From Octopus sinensis (Eukaryota): a DNA stretch of 64,000 nt. The notes beneath the pieces were generated by a model. That model made no database searches. It was not told the origin of the DNA and was given only the letters and a program-made list of their open reading frames with translations. Shown piece after piece: positions 49,404-62,494 of this stretch. A program made the position numbers and the translations under genes. The DNA is taken from assembly GCF_006345805.1 (NCBI RefSeq), contig NC_042999.1, positions 37,510,001-37,574,000 on the forward strand. Reading direction: 5' to 3'. Each line of letters opens with the position of its first letter. Position 1 is the stretch's first letter.

Positions 49404-49566
49404 GACAGGCTTCTTTCAGTTTCCGTCTACCAAATCCACTCACAAGGCATTGGTCGGCCTGGGGCTACAGCAGAAGACACTTTCCCAAGATGCCACGCAG
49501 TGGGACTGAACCCGGAACCATGTGGCTGGTTAGCAAGCTACTTACCACACAGCCACTCCTGCGCCT
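49122..49566 (-). mobile_element. SINE family A, full length, young
   Basis: Homology. Confidence 0.9.
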
Positions 49567-49721
49567 ACGTGTACAGATTGCCAAACTTCACCCATTTGAT
49601 TCACCACTTCATATTATTGTATACATTTTTGGCGGTGGCACGATATATAAGCAACAATAAGTTTTTGTGTGTCACACCTAATTCTTCTTTGGCTGACTTT
49701 AGTTGGGATGGTACACATAAT

Positions 49722-50140
49722 AGGCGCAGGAGTGGCTGTGTGGTAAGTAGCTTGCCTACCAACCACATGGTTCTGGGTTCAGTCCCACTGCGTGGCATCT
49801 TGGGCAAGTGTCTTCTGCTATAGCCTCGGGCCGACCAATGCCTTGTGAGTGGATTTGGTAGACGGAAACTGAAAGAAGCCTGTCGTATATATATGTATTT
49901 ATATGTATGTATGTGTATGTATATGTTTGTGTGTCTGTGTTTGTCCCTGTAGCATTGCTTGACAACCGATGCTGGTGTGTTTATGTCCCCGTCACTTAGC
50001 GGTTCGGCAAAAGAGACCGATAGAATAAGTACTGGGCTTACAAAGAATAAGTCCCGGGGTCGATTTGCCCGACTAAAGGCGGTGCTCCAGCATGGCCGCA
50101 GTCAAATGACTGAAACAAGTAAAAGAGTAAAGAGTAAAAA
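49722..50140 (+). mobile_element. SINE family A, full length, young
   Basis: Homology; inverted relative to 49122-49566. Confidence 0.9.
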
Positions 50141-50406
50141 GATTATAACAACTAACCTAGCACTGCATAATCTGTTGACATAATCAAGATGCTGAAAAGT
50201 GGGATAGAACTGGAAACCACGGGATTGCCACGCCAAAGTATTTTCGCACGGCTATACCTGCGCCCATTTGTAAAGGTAACTCTTGTCTGCTTCTGAACTT
50301 TCCAATTGAATCTTGTTTCATACAACCTTGCTTAATCTTCTACAGTGTTTTTCAACCCACGTAACTCTCTAAACAGACAAAACCTTTGCTAACCTGATTC
50401 TACATA

Positions 50407-50793
50407 GGGGGAAGCACTCCGTCGGTTACGACGATGAGGGTTCCGGTTGATCCGAATCAACGGAACAGCCTGCTCGTGAAATTAACGTGTAAGTGGCTGA
50501 GCACTCAACAGACACGTGCACCCTTAACGTAGTTCTCGGGGATATTCAGCGTGACACAGAGAGTGACAAGGCCGGCCCTTTGAAGCACGGGTACAACAGA
50601 AACAGGAAGTAAGAGTGAGAGAAAGTTGTGGTGAAAGAGTACAGCAGGGATCACCACCATCCCCTGCCGGAGCCTCGTGGAACTTTTAGATGTTTTCGCT
50701 CAATAAACACTCACAACGCCCGGTCTGGGAATCGAAACCGCGTCCTATGACCGCGAGTCTGCTGCCCTAACCACTGGGCCATTGCGCCTCCAC
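50407..50793 (-). mobile_element. Chimeric SINE (B head + C1 tail)
   Basis: Near-identical to 31489-31877; possible TSD TGATTCTACATA/TGATGCTACATA. Confidence 0.9.
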
Positions 50794-51101
50794 CGATGAT
50801 GCTACATAACAATTAACCTGACGAGGCATAATAACTAACTTGACACTATATAACAAATAATCTTGCGCTCATAACAACTCACCTCGTGCTACGTAGCAAC
50901 TAATCAGACTTTACATAACAACATGACTCTATATATAGTAAGTAAAGTCAAAGTATAATGACCTTCTTTCCACGTTGTTTTGTGCAATAAGCTAAAACCA
51001 AGACTTTACAATGTCACCAAAGCTTACACTGCTGCTAATGTTGAGGCTTTCTTTCAACAGTGAGTTAACAGTATTATTTTTCTCCAATGACAGAGTTATT
51101 A

Positions 51102-51625
51102 CCGTAAATCCTCGAGTATAATCCGCACTCCTCCCCCCCCCCCCAAAAAAAAATTTAAAGGTCAAAATACCCAGTGCGTATTATACACGAGGTTTAAAAT
51201 GAAAATTATTTTCTAAGCAATGTCCGAGTCTCTATTTGCTGTCCGGCAATGTTTATTCAGACGCATTTTGTGATGTCGGGCACGAAAATACCTTAAGTTA
51301 AGCCTGAAAGCAATGAAGTCGTAAAAGAATCATCCTTAACTTGCAGTAAGCAACATCTATTAAACGTTATTACTGTTATTTCTTTATTTTCTGCAAACAA
51401 AATGCACAAAAAAGCTACACGTTTGCATTATGTTATATATACAATAATAATAAAGCACGTTACCGTATACATTTTTACAAACCAAGGACGTTATATAGAC
51501 CTCTTTGACTCAAGTTAGAGAAGGGGTGCATATTATACACAAAGTTTAGGTTTTTCAGAGGTACAGCCCCCTAAAAATCCCTTGCGTATTATACTCAAGG
51601 GCGGACTATACTCGAAGATTTACGG
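51102..51625. mobile_element. Tc1/mariner (Tc2-like) MITE
   Basis: TIR CCGTAAATCCTCGAGTATAATCCGC / GCGGACTATACTCGAAGATTTACGG; TA on both sides. Confidence 0.9.
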
Positions 51626-52089
51626 TAAGTATTAGTTATAACAACTGGAGACGTCATCTCTTTAGTCTAGATCTTAATAATTTATTTGTCGTTTATAGTA
51701 CACAATGTTAAGTAAGCTATGTACGAAGGCAAGAATAAACATACGAATTTTTGCATAAGTTTCTATATTTGTTTTTAATATCCGGATCATTTACATTATA
51801 TATGTACGACAATTATTTGAATACATCATACAAGTGATAGTGAATGTGGTATTTACAAATCTTCATGTATTAGCTTTTATTTTATGAATTTATATGACAA
51901 TTGTTAGTGGCTACTAAAGAGAGAGAAAAAAAGAAAAGGCGAGAACATCTTATCATAAAACTGACTGACATAGTTTTGTGTAACATCTTAGATTGTTCTG
52001 CACGGAAACGTAGAAGATGGTGAAAGACAGCTCACGAAAAAAAAGTGGCATGGCTGCGTGTGGAGCACTGGATGATTCATTCTGTTTAA

Positions 52090-52309
52090 CCCTTTAGTGT
52101 TTAAACCGGCCATATCTGGCCCAGATATTCAACATGTTTTATATTCAAACTGGCAATATCTAGCCTCTCACACCTACCCGACAATGCCATTCTAAATATA
52201 AACAATCACATCATTGAAACCTCAAAGCTATAAGATAATGCATGATTAATTCAAAACAATTTGAGTGGAAAAGTATTACATTTAACAGAGTAATCTGAAC
52301 ACTAAAGGG
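52090..52309. mobile_element. piggyBac-type MITE, family P1
   Basis: 12-bp TIR CCCTTTAGTGTT; TTAA TSD on both sides. Confidence 0.9.
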
Positions 52310-52337
52310 TTAAGGTTGAATTCGCCTGCTTTTTATA

Positions 52338-53603
52338 TCCATAAGCAAAAGTTTGCAGAACTTTCGATCAAACTGTTGGCGTGGAAACTTGCACACACAC
52401 TCTTTGAAGTTTCGTTGTGTCACCAACAAGTTGATCAATGCTGATTGGTCGATTCATGTTCATGTAGACCTTTATGCTTTATTTAGAAATCTATTTATGC
52501 TGAGATTCTAATTAGAAATCTATGCGAGACAGTTTCAAATCTCGGCAGAGGCCTTGCTACACATCTTTAAGAGAGAACTCTATTTATCACATAAAGAAAA
52601 GTAGATTTTTTCCATTTCCACAAAACACATTTTTTTTTTGTGATATTTTGCAGTTCAGACGAATATTCTCGATGAGAAATTTGATATTCTATTTTTCTTC
52701 GTTTAACATTCATGTCATGGAAAAAAAGTAGAAAAGAACGAAAAAGCTGCAGTAAAATTTATAGCAGTATGACCTTAGTACTTATGACATTATCAAATAC
52801 ACGTGAAGACCTGTAACATCTATTTAATACGACGTTAGTTTTATGTGGAATAGATATTGACTAAAACTTTATGAGAAAACATTAGCATTTTATTTCTTTA
52901 TCATAAAAATTTAAGATAATGAAATAATTGCAAAGTCAGTACAATGAAAAATAATACATAAAAACTAAACATAAATATATTGCAGTTGAGCCAAGAAAAT
53001 CTGTGATTATAAATATAAATTCGTACTTAAAAGACCGATATCTGGTTCCAGTGAAGTTATATCAGCATCATCCATTTTTACTATCTTATAATAATTCTGT
53101 TTGTCACTCCGTTACTTAGCCCGTCCATAACGCTTCTACGTGATTAGTTGAAGAGGGAGGGACGGAAGGAATGGAAGATATGGGATGGAGTGGGAATGGG
53201 GGCAAGGGGTGCGGTGAGGGAGAGAGTAGAGGTGGTGGTGTGTAATATGTGTAATATTTTTTTGAACTAAGTATTTTTTCTCCGTTACCTAGCCCGTGTG
53301 TAACGCTTTCACGTAATTAGTTGAAGGGAAAGGTGAAGAGCGAAAAAAAAGAGGGTAAGGTGAAGAGTGAGTGAGAAAGAGCGAGAGCGCTGTGTATTAA
53401 GTATATAAAGTGTATATATAAAGTGCATTAAGCAACCACTGTATTCCAATTTCCTTCACTTTTCAATAATTAGCAGATGAGCGACTATCTCTTTTTATAC
53501 AGACATAACACAGGTCACGCTTCCAGATTTTTTGGATAAAGTTTTCAGAAATAGCCCAATAAGTTTACCATTAATTCCGTGAAATATTCACGGGTCTTGC
53601 TAG
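52338..53603 (+). mobile_element. Probable non-autonomous Helitron (5' end uncertain)
   Basis: 3' hairpin CCGTGAA-ATA-TTCACGG then CTAG|T at 53600-53604; internal duplicated block at about 53110 and 53282. Confidence 0.5.
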
Positions 53604-53829
53604 TTTTTACTAAGCTAGCATGGCTGGGTCTGTTATGCTATAGCATATCGCCTCCTGTTTTTAGTCCGTCTTGTATCATCTCATCCACGAAGCCATCATA
53701 TTGATTTCTGACCTTATTACTTATTCCCTTGTCTTCCATATCCTTCATAGACACTTCTCCAGTGCAACTCTCAACCTTTCACATTGTACAACGCTTCTCA
53801 AACTGACAAATCCCAGCCCCACACCAAAG

Positions 53830-54773
53830 TATTATTTTCTACTTTAGGCACAACGCCCGAATTTTTCGGGAAGGGGGCCAGTCGATTAGATCGACCGCAG
53901 TACGCAACTGGTACTTAATTTATCCACCCTGAAAAGATGAAAGGCAAAGTCGACCTCGGCGGAATTTGAACACAGAACGTAAAGACAGACGAAATACCTA
54001 TTTCTTTACTACCCACAAGGGGCTAAACACCGAGAGGACAAACAAGGACAGACAAACGGATTAAGTCGATTAGATCGATCCCAATGCGTAACTGGTACTT
54101 ATTTAATCGACCCCGAAAGGATGAAAGGCAAGGTCGACCTCGGCGGAATTTGAACTCAGAACGTAACGGCAGACGAAATACCTATTTGTTTACTACCCAC
54201 AAGGGGCTAAACACAGAGAGGACAAACAAGGGCAGAAAAACGGATTAAGATCGACCCCAATGCGTAACTGGTACTTATTTAATCGACCCCGAAAGGATGA
54301 AAGGCAAAGTCGACCTCGGCGGAATTTGAGCTCAGAACGTAGCGGCAGACGAAATACCTATTTTTTTTACTACCCACAAGGGCTAAACACAGAGGGGATA
54401 AACAAGGACAGACATAGAGATTTAGTCGATTTCATCGACCCCAATGCGTAACTGGTACTTAATTTATCGACCCCGAAAGGATGAAAGGCAAAGTCGACCT
54501 CGGCGGAATTTGAACTCAGAACGTAGCAGCAGATGAAATACCTATTTCTTTACTACCCACAAGGGGCTAAACACAGAGGGGACAAACAAGGACAAACAAA
54601 CGGATTAAGTCGATTACATCGACCCCAGTGCGTAACTGGTACTTAATTTATCGACTCCGAAAGGATGAAAGGCAAAGTCGACCTCGGCGGAATTTGAACT
54701 CAGAACGTAGCAGCAGACGAAATACCGGTAAGAATTTCGTCCGGCGCGATAACGTTTCTGCCAGCTCGCCGCT
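53830..54773 (-). repeat. Head-to-tail array of five SINE G units
   Basis: GTCGAC cores at 53949, 54133, 54309, 54493 and 54677 (spacing 184, 176, 184, 184). Confidence 0.9.
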
Positions 54774-56140
54774 TTCCCTACACCAAAATATTAGTGAAAC
54801 TTACGTTCCCAACCCTCATCTTCAGTAATGCGGTGACAAAATAGAGTTAGTATTCATATATTTCTTCCATCATCATAGTATTGGACACGTCAATATCTAT
54901 AAATCTGAAATGAGAAAGTTTTGTTTGTTTGTCTGGTTTTGGCATTGGAACGGGTTAAAGGTCATTAGATCCTGTCGGAGTGACTCCAAAATTTATAGGG
55001 ACATGTAAAATGAAGTGAGGATGTGAGTGGGCTAGGTTAGAAATCCCTATCTTAAAAGGTGTCGTTACTAGGGCAAAAAGCGCAAACTTTGACAAGTCTT
55101 CTCTCATTCTCTTATCTGCTTATCTTCCTCCGTCTCTCTCTGTTTCCTCCCTTCCCTTCACTTTCTCTCTATAACGACGTTTGACAGCTATCTTTTCCCC
55201 GCCGCCTTCGCCAGCGCTGTCACTCTTTCCCTCACCGCCTCCCCCTCTCTCTCTGTACATCTGTCTGCATTCATAGAGTTTTATTATAGCCACCACCACC
55301 ACCACCACACAATCATGAGAACAAATATTATGAATCAGATATTTATTGGGTTAATTTATATATATGTGTGTGTGTCTGTATCTATATATAAATATGTATA
55401 TATAATGTATATATACAAAGTGTATATATCTGTATTTATATATATAGACCTGAACTAACTAGATGTAGGGAGGGAGAAAAAAAAAACAAGTAATAGAAAA
55501 ACAAAAGTTCTGTGATATAGAGATAAATGTCTGATAATAGGTTTTAAGGTTTTGTTTTGGGGGTGAGGGTCATAAATCACTTCCTAGTTTCGGCGGGGGA
55601 GGTTGAAATTTGATATTATTGTGATGAGTGGTCAGTCTACATTTATCCATCACTACAGGTTTATAGCTTTATGTTTATAGTGTGTATGTGCGTGCATATA
55701 CACACTCATACATATATGCATACATACATACATACATACATACATACATACATACATGCATACACAGGCGTATGTACGTACATACATACATACATACATA
55801 CATACATGCATACATGCGTGTATGCATACATACACACATACATACGTACATATATATGACGAACTAACTTTTACTTTCTCAGATGCAGCACGGATTTTTG
55901 TCAGTGAAAAGGTCGCGGATTTTAGCGACGAAAATATTTTGACAAATTAAACTTAAATGTTGAAGTGAATCGAACGGCTTTTGTGTGTTTCTTAAATGGC
56001 TTACAAACACCTTCCACGCTGCAATTGTTTATATATATATATATATATATAATTTGTATACATTTGTATATATAATGCATACACACACACACACATGCGC
56101 GCGCGCGCACACACACACACACACATACATATATATTATA

Positions 56141-56183
<43 letters not shown>

Positions 56184-56185
<2 letters not shown>

Positions 56186-57440
56186 GCGTGCATTATGAGG
56201 TCGGTTGAGCTGAAAATATGCACATCTATGTTAAAAGTGCTGGCGAGTTTGCATGGTAACTATTTTTTTCCTCAAATGAAAGGCGTGACCTCTAGGACAA
56301 AATTCCTCATCTTTTAAAATGTGGCCCGATTACACCCAAATGAAATCGGCTTATATTAACCAAACAAGTAAAACAATGAAAAACTATGCCATTTTAATCC
56401 CAATAAGGTCGGATATCTCTGTAGGTCTACTACATATTTGTGGAAAGGGCAGACGTTGTTTCACAAGGAAGTTATACAGGCAAAAGTGTTAGTAAATATG
56501 GTAGGATTCAGTTGAAAATTTGCACACCTATGTTAAAAGTCCTGGCGAGTTTGCATGGCAACTTTGAGTTTGCTCAATTGAAAGATGTGGCCTCTAGGGC
56601 AAACTTCCTCATCTTTAAAGTGTGGCCTGCGAAGACCCGAATGAAATCGAGTTATAATACCGAAACAAATAAAATAATGATAAACTATTTTGATCCCGAG
56701 CAAGTCCGGGTTTCTCTGCTATCTATATATAAAAGAGGCTTTGGGTCAAAATTGTGTGCACGTTTTGCTACGTCAGAGGTTGGCGGCCACATCAGTGGTC
56801 AGATCGAGCTGAAAATTGACGCAGGCATAGAAGGCGTGATGAGGCAGAGTTGAGTAGGTTAAAACTCACCATCTGGAAAGATGTGGTTGCTATGGTGAGA
56901 AGATTCAAGGCGGATATAAGCCCCTCCAGATTGGCGCGATTAGCATCTAATCCTGTATATAAAATGAAGAAGGCGAACGTTGATACAAATTGGATTTTTA
57001 TGTAAAAAGGGGTCTAAATGGGGCTGGAAGGGGATTCAAATTTACAGGAGGGGCTAACGTGAGGGTGGGGGATTGATTGGGAGACGTTTTGTGGCGCTAC
57101 AGTGGTTGCTTTGGTTTGAAAACTTGGATTTTATTGATTTTGGGGGACACTTGGTGGTCTAGATCGGACACCTTTTGCCCGATTTCAATCAAATTTTCAA
57201 CATGGTAAAATGGAAGCGGATTTGTAATTTAAACGCGGAAATCTAATTTTTTTATAAATGGCAGAGAGATAGATAGAGAAAGATAAAGGGTAAGAGAAAG
57301 CGAGGGAAAGTCCGAAAGGAGGAGTAAGAGAGTGGGAAATAAGAAAGGATAGAGAAACGAAGAGGAAGAATGTGGCAATAAGAAACAGAAAGTAACAACC
57401 ACAACCTCACCCGCGCGTAGAGCGGGTCACCTTAAGCTAG
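56184..57440 (+). mobile_element. Three tandem non-autonomous Helitron units
   Basis: Junction CCCGAGCAAGTCCGGG-TTTCTCTGCTA|TCTATATATAAAAG at 56721/56722; decayed junction at about 56424; last unit ends ACCCGC..GCGGGT...CTAG at 57440. Confidence 0.65.
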
Positions 57441-58215
57441 CTTTAAATATTTTTAATTTAAACAAATATAAAACACACTGAAATGAAACCTACAACAATG
57501 TTTGTTAAGTTCAATAACAACTTCATCGTTTCTTGGACGAATGTTCAGACGAATATGTAAGTTAAATATTACCTTCTGTCTGTTGACTCCTTCTGTATTT
57601 GGTTGTTACACTTGATAAAGCAAAAAAAAAAAAAAAGAAAGAAGTAAATATGTTGAACCAAATGGATGCAGTGTTCATTTCGCTTTGTTTGAGCAATTTG
57701 GATACCGTGAGCAGTTTTTAATTCATTCCGAAAACTTTAAAAATTAAAAAGCTGCAATATTTTCAAAATAGCATCAGCTTTCTATCAATAATTTCTTCTC
57801 TTGACTCTTGAGAAAGTTCTTCAGTATCATGCAAAAACGGATTCGTTCTCCTATTGTATTTTTTAAAATTTGCAATCTCGGTGAAGTGTATTTAATGAGC
57901 TGTCATGTTAAGTTATGTTTAGTTCAATGATTAAATATTACAGACCCTTGATTCCTTAGAATTATAGCTATGAAAAGCATCTTAATATTATTAAACATGA
58001 CAATTTGTCCCATTCTTCTATCAATCCTCACAGCACTCCGCGAGAAACACTATTCAAGCACTTTTAGTTACGCATCCATTTGATGCTTTTGTAGCAGACT
58101 CGAAACTGAATCGACAAATTGCCACGTAAACACCATGGCTTAGTAACAGCCATTTCATGTGGTCGGCCGATTAACTCACCAATTAGCATCAAGCCATCAT
58201 TTGATGCATCCTTTT

Positions 58216-58254
58216 AGAACTTTCTAGAACGTCTCTTATCGAGGCTTATAAATA
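58216..58254. promoter_or_regulatory. Heat-shock element plus TATA box
   Basis: Perfect aGAActTTCtaGAAc (58216-58230), TATAAATA at 58247-58254; CCAAT at 58348-58352. Confidence 0.55.
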
Positions 58255-58622
58255 GACAAGTTTTAGCGCCAACTCTTCGCGGAGTGTCGAAAGCAACTGA
58301 ACGAAATGCGCCTCCACTAGTGCTTGGCATATTTGAGCAGAAACCGGCCAATCCAGTTCACACGTCTCATCTCTTGCCACAGACTGTGGAGAATCATCGC
58401 CAAACCAACCACGTTCCCGCTTTACTGCATTTAACAGTCGTTCTAACGACTTTTTATTAAACCGAATAGACAACAGCTACAGTTTTGCTGCCATGAATCC
58501 AGCGTGATATACACTTCTATTGTGACAGCATATTAACAGAGCCTATTTAACCAATGATTTTGTTATAACTACAGAATTGTCCTTTCAGCATCATACAACA
58601 GTACTCAATTCAGTACTGTTCT

Positions 58623-58854
58623 GGGTGCACTGTCAATTGCTATGTACACACACATAGGTGTGTGTACACACACACATAGGCATTTCACACACTACAACTC
58701 TGCAGGAAGATCTTTCATATCATGGATTGAGAATACACTCACTCGCTCACCTGAGCTTATTTTGCAGTCAGTTTTGAAACGTGCACCTGCGCGCCTGTGA
58801 AACGTGCACCCTCACGCGCTCATTTGCTATACTGCCCAGTCACTGACTGCACAC
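58623..58854. promoter_or_regulatory. Cluster of MRE-core (TGCRCNC) and ACGTG motifs
   Basis: TGCACCC (-) 58623, TGCGCGC 58788, TGCACCC 58805, TGCACAC 58848; GAAACGTGCACC occurs twice. Confidence 0.4.
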
Positions 58855-59129
58855 ATTTTGGCACACAAAGTTACACCGCTATTCGAAATAAACCGAATAG
58901 AAAACTGTCCCGTATACACTTCAATGATCCTCTCTCCTGATATGCAAAATTTTTCCTCAACCTTGCATTTCTTTCCCTCCTTCGATCGTTCGTTTCCTTT
59001 CCCGGAGCCTCACTGGGGAGGGGAGTGATGTAGTGGATTTTGCAGGCAAGAAGTGGATTCGATCCACCATAGCCAACTTTCAAGTAACAGCTCAACAGAA
59101 CTTTTCTCACGGTAAAACAATAGTTTTTC

Positions 59130-59884
59130 TGTGACAGTTTACATTTGCCAGATGCCATAACTAGGCCGAAATAATGTCTTCACCACTTGACCCTTCTAAC
59201 CTCTTATAAGCCACCAAAAGCTAGAATTAAGATAACAAGTACCACCAATGAAATCCATTGTTCTCAACGATATGTCTACCCTTCTGGATAGTTATAAAAA
59301 CAAGAACCCACCAGCAAAAATCAGTTAGTCACTTGGTGACAACTCAGTTAGCCGATGACAACTCGAGGGAATGGACAACTAGTCATGGCCACAAGCAGGC
59401 AGCCAAATGGTCAGAGGGAGAAATGAAGTTTACAATCAGCAACTACAAGACAACTTGCCGCGATTCTCTCACTCTCGCTAGCTCACTTTATTTTCTTTTC
59501 CAACATCATTCTATTTCTATCAGTAATTACTACTATACAATGACGAGAAGACAAACACAAACTATACAAGGAAAATTTACATCTATCTTTACTTCGTATG
59601 CATTACGATTTCATCAACTGCCCGTCGAGGCAAGGTATTATATACAATGTATGGTAAATAAATATTTTCTTCACAACTTCAATCACTGTTTTTTCATCTT
59701 TACATAATGGCAATCAACGAAGAACCAATCCTTACAAACAGACTACATCTATCCTGCTGTGTATCAACTATCGTTTATCATATTATTATTATCAAATTAA
59801 ATTTCAACCGTACAAATCAACCGCTATTGTGTACCAAATCAACCTCTACCGTTACATATTTTTACTGTCACAAATTGGTGACTC
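59130..59884 (+). mobile_element. Putative 5' LTR with PBS, internal region lost
   Basis: 9-bp terminal inverted repeat TGTGACAGT (59130) / ACTGTCACA (59872), followed by AAT-TGGTGAC; truncated by (TATG)n. Confidence 0.45.
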
Positions 59885-59894
59885 AACCGTTACA

Positions 59895-60045
59895 TTATGT
59901 ATGTATGTATGTATGTATGTATGTATGTATGTATGTATGTATGTATGTATGTATGTATGTATGTATGTATGTATGTATGTATGTATGTATCTACGTAGGT
60001 ACGTACCTACGTACGCATGCATGTATGCATGTGTGTATGTATAAA
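59895..60045. repeat. (TATG)n microsatellite
   Basis: Direct reading. Confidence 0.95.
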
Positions 60046-60440
60046 ATCGATTCCGCCAAATGCAAAACTATGATGAATGAAATTTTAATGCAACAAACTG
60101 ATAGCTTGCCTACAGTAAGACACTAAATTATTCTGGCTCTGTTATAAATGTATTATATAACAAATCAAGAATAAAACGTGTTTTACCAACTGTACGTATT
60201 TATGTAATTAGATTCTTTAAGTTTCAAGAAATATCCATTTTTAAGAGCGGGAAACAATACTTGTTTATTTTGAAATTTTCACAGATCAAATTGTTCAAAT
60301 TAAAATGATTTATAATGTTACAATTATTTACTCGGCCTCTTGATATGAAACTAAATTTAAACAAAAACGAAGTGTTTTATTACGTTTTATGGAGAAAGGT
60401 CTTTGATTTTCTTCGTTCAAATATCCTTCTTTATATTTCA

Positions 60441-60833
60441 CTAGCAGTATCGCCCGGCGTTGCTCGGGTTTGTAAGGGAAATAACTATAAAGCATTTTAG
60501 AGAGTTATAGCAAAAAAGCAGCAAAAAATGCATTAAAAATAGAAAAAAAATTACGGTAAATTTTTTTAAATCGTTGACTCATCGTAGACATTTTTAGAGA
60601 GTTACTTCCCTTTATTTAAAAAATATGCTTTAAAATGGAAAAAAATTATGGTAAATTATTTTAAAAATCGTAGACTCATCGTAGACGTGCGCTAATACCT
60701 AGAAGGGCTCGATATGAATCACGACTATAAGATACCCGGTTTTGGTTAAACTGCACCGCAAAATGTGGGAGTAGTTAGGAATCTAAATCGTAGGAGACAG
60801 ACACTCACACAACTTCACTTTTATATATATAGA
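60441..60833 (-). mobile_element. Non-autonomous Helitron, family F
   Basis: Minus strand A|TCTATATATATAAAAG ... CCCGAGCAACGCCGGG..CTAG|T; homologous to 19590-19990. Confidence 0.9.
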
Positions 60834-61407
60834 TTTCTTGCATAAATTTTACAAGTTTTTAAAATTAATGTGACAAATTTGTAATTTAAGTGATAGATTC
60901 ATACGAGTAGTTTATACAAGTTTCAAATTGTAAATGTCACTATGGTATTCAATTGAAAAATTCTGTGAACTCAGTCTACAATCTCTAACAGCTGTTGATT
61001 CGCACAACTCCTCAAGGGCATAAAAAATGTACAAAAATGCTAATTGTTGTCTCAATCTTCTCAGACCCGAGCATAACGTCTGTGGCTGCCGTTCTTATTT
61101 AGCCCCAAGCAGACCTACGATCAAAAGGCATTCTAGCCGCCACCATCTCGTTATTTTTTTATTCAGATACAGCCTGTATAGGACTACTTTATTTTGAATT
61201 ATAAACATAGAGTAGATCGCATGAGCCGGATAAGGACAATTATTCTTAAAAAGTCTAAATGCCTGTCAAAGTAAATGGATGAGAATTCAATATACATAAT
61301 AACACATTTATTAACAATTAGAAAGGAATCAATATGAGATGTCAGCAAAAATTTGGGGCAATAGATATTTGAAAAAATAAAAAATAAAAATGTATATACA
61401 TACATGC

Positions 61408-61443
<36 letters not shown>

Positions 61444-62494
61444 AGCGTATCTGATATCCTCATTGTTTGAGAGACACATTAGGAATGATCTCGTTTGAGA
61501 TTACAACCATCTTTGGCTAGTTTGACCCTGTTGTGTCCACTGCTCTGATTGGTTGGCATTTGACGCAGTTTGTCTTTCGACTTATTTCGCGCCAGTGTGT
61601 ATGCCAACCAATCACGGCCTTTGGATAAGGTCTCGTGACACTTTCTCTGATCCTTCATTTTAAGCCTACCACAGGCTATAAATAGGCCAGCATTCACTAT
61701 TCTACATCTTTCGACTTTAGACCTTCTAAGGTCTAGTCACTGACCACAGAGCTACTCAGCCATGTTCCAGTTCCAGCGACAGACGACCAGCCAGCCAACC
61801 AACCATGCTACTGCTCCATCCATGACGCTACTATACACCAGCGACAGACAGGACGTTTTCCATCTCCGCCGCCGTCATCACCATCGTCGTTTCCATCTCC
61901 GTCGACTTCAACATGTATACATCAACATACACACAGGTTTAAACACACGCTGTTTGTGACAATTCACCCTGGTAAAACAGTCAGTCTACCTGAAGAAATA
62001 TCTGAGACTCGGCTCGGCATTGAATCCCCAACCGCTGCATAAGTGCCTCAACTGGCCTCGGCCTCGAGACCTCCGACATCTTGTTATAGAACTTGCTATT
62101 GTGTACCTCATGAACTGGTAAACTAATTCCATCTTAACTTAATATGCTGAGACATTCATCTTATGCTTGTATATCTTTTATGTGCATACACTATTATTTG
62201 TACTTTCTGACGAAAACACAGATCAAATACTATGCGCACGCATTCAGACACAACACTTCGCTAGGCACTCACAACACACTGTCTTTGTACACATGGTAAA
62301 GTCTTCTCTCTCAGACAGTAGAACGGTTTGTCGTCTTTCAGTCATTCCTTTTGTCACTGTATTTTATATCATGTATTTAGCTTCTTATTTTGTTAGGGGC
62401 GACCGTGCGGCGTTCTAAAGGAGATATTTGTCACCAACGCCTTACGTACGGTCGTCTATTCCTACATATATATATTTATTTATATACATATATT

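Noticed and set aside
53830-54773. Regularly spaced repeats resembling a CRISPR array (also 32428-32572 and 33913-34297)
   Set aside because: The units are contiguous SINE/LINE-derived tandem repeats without unique spacers; eukaryotic context and no cas genes.
58246-58490. Minus-strand ORF MSIRFNKKSLERLL...KLVYL (with upstream MAAKL*)
   Set aside because: No recognisable homology, interrupted by a stop, and overlaps promoter-like motifs; not called as CDS.
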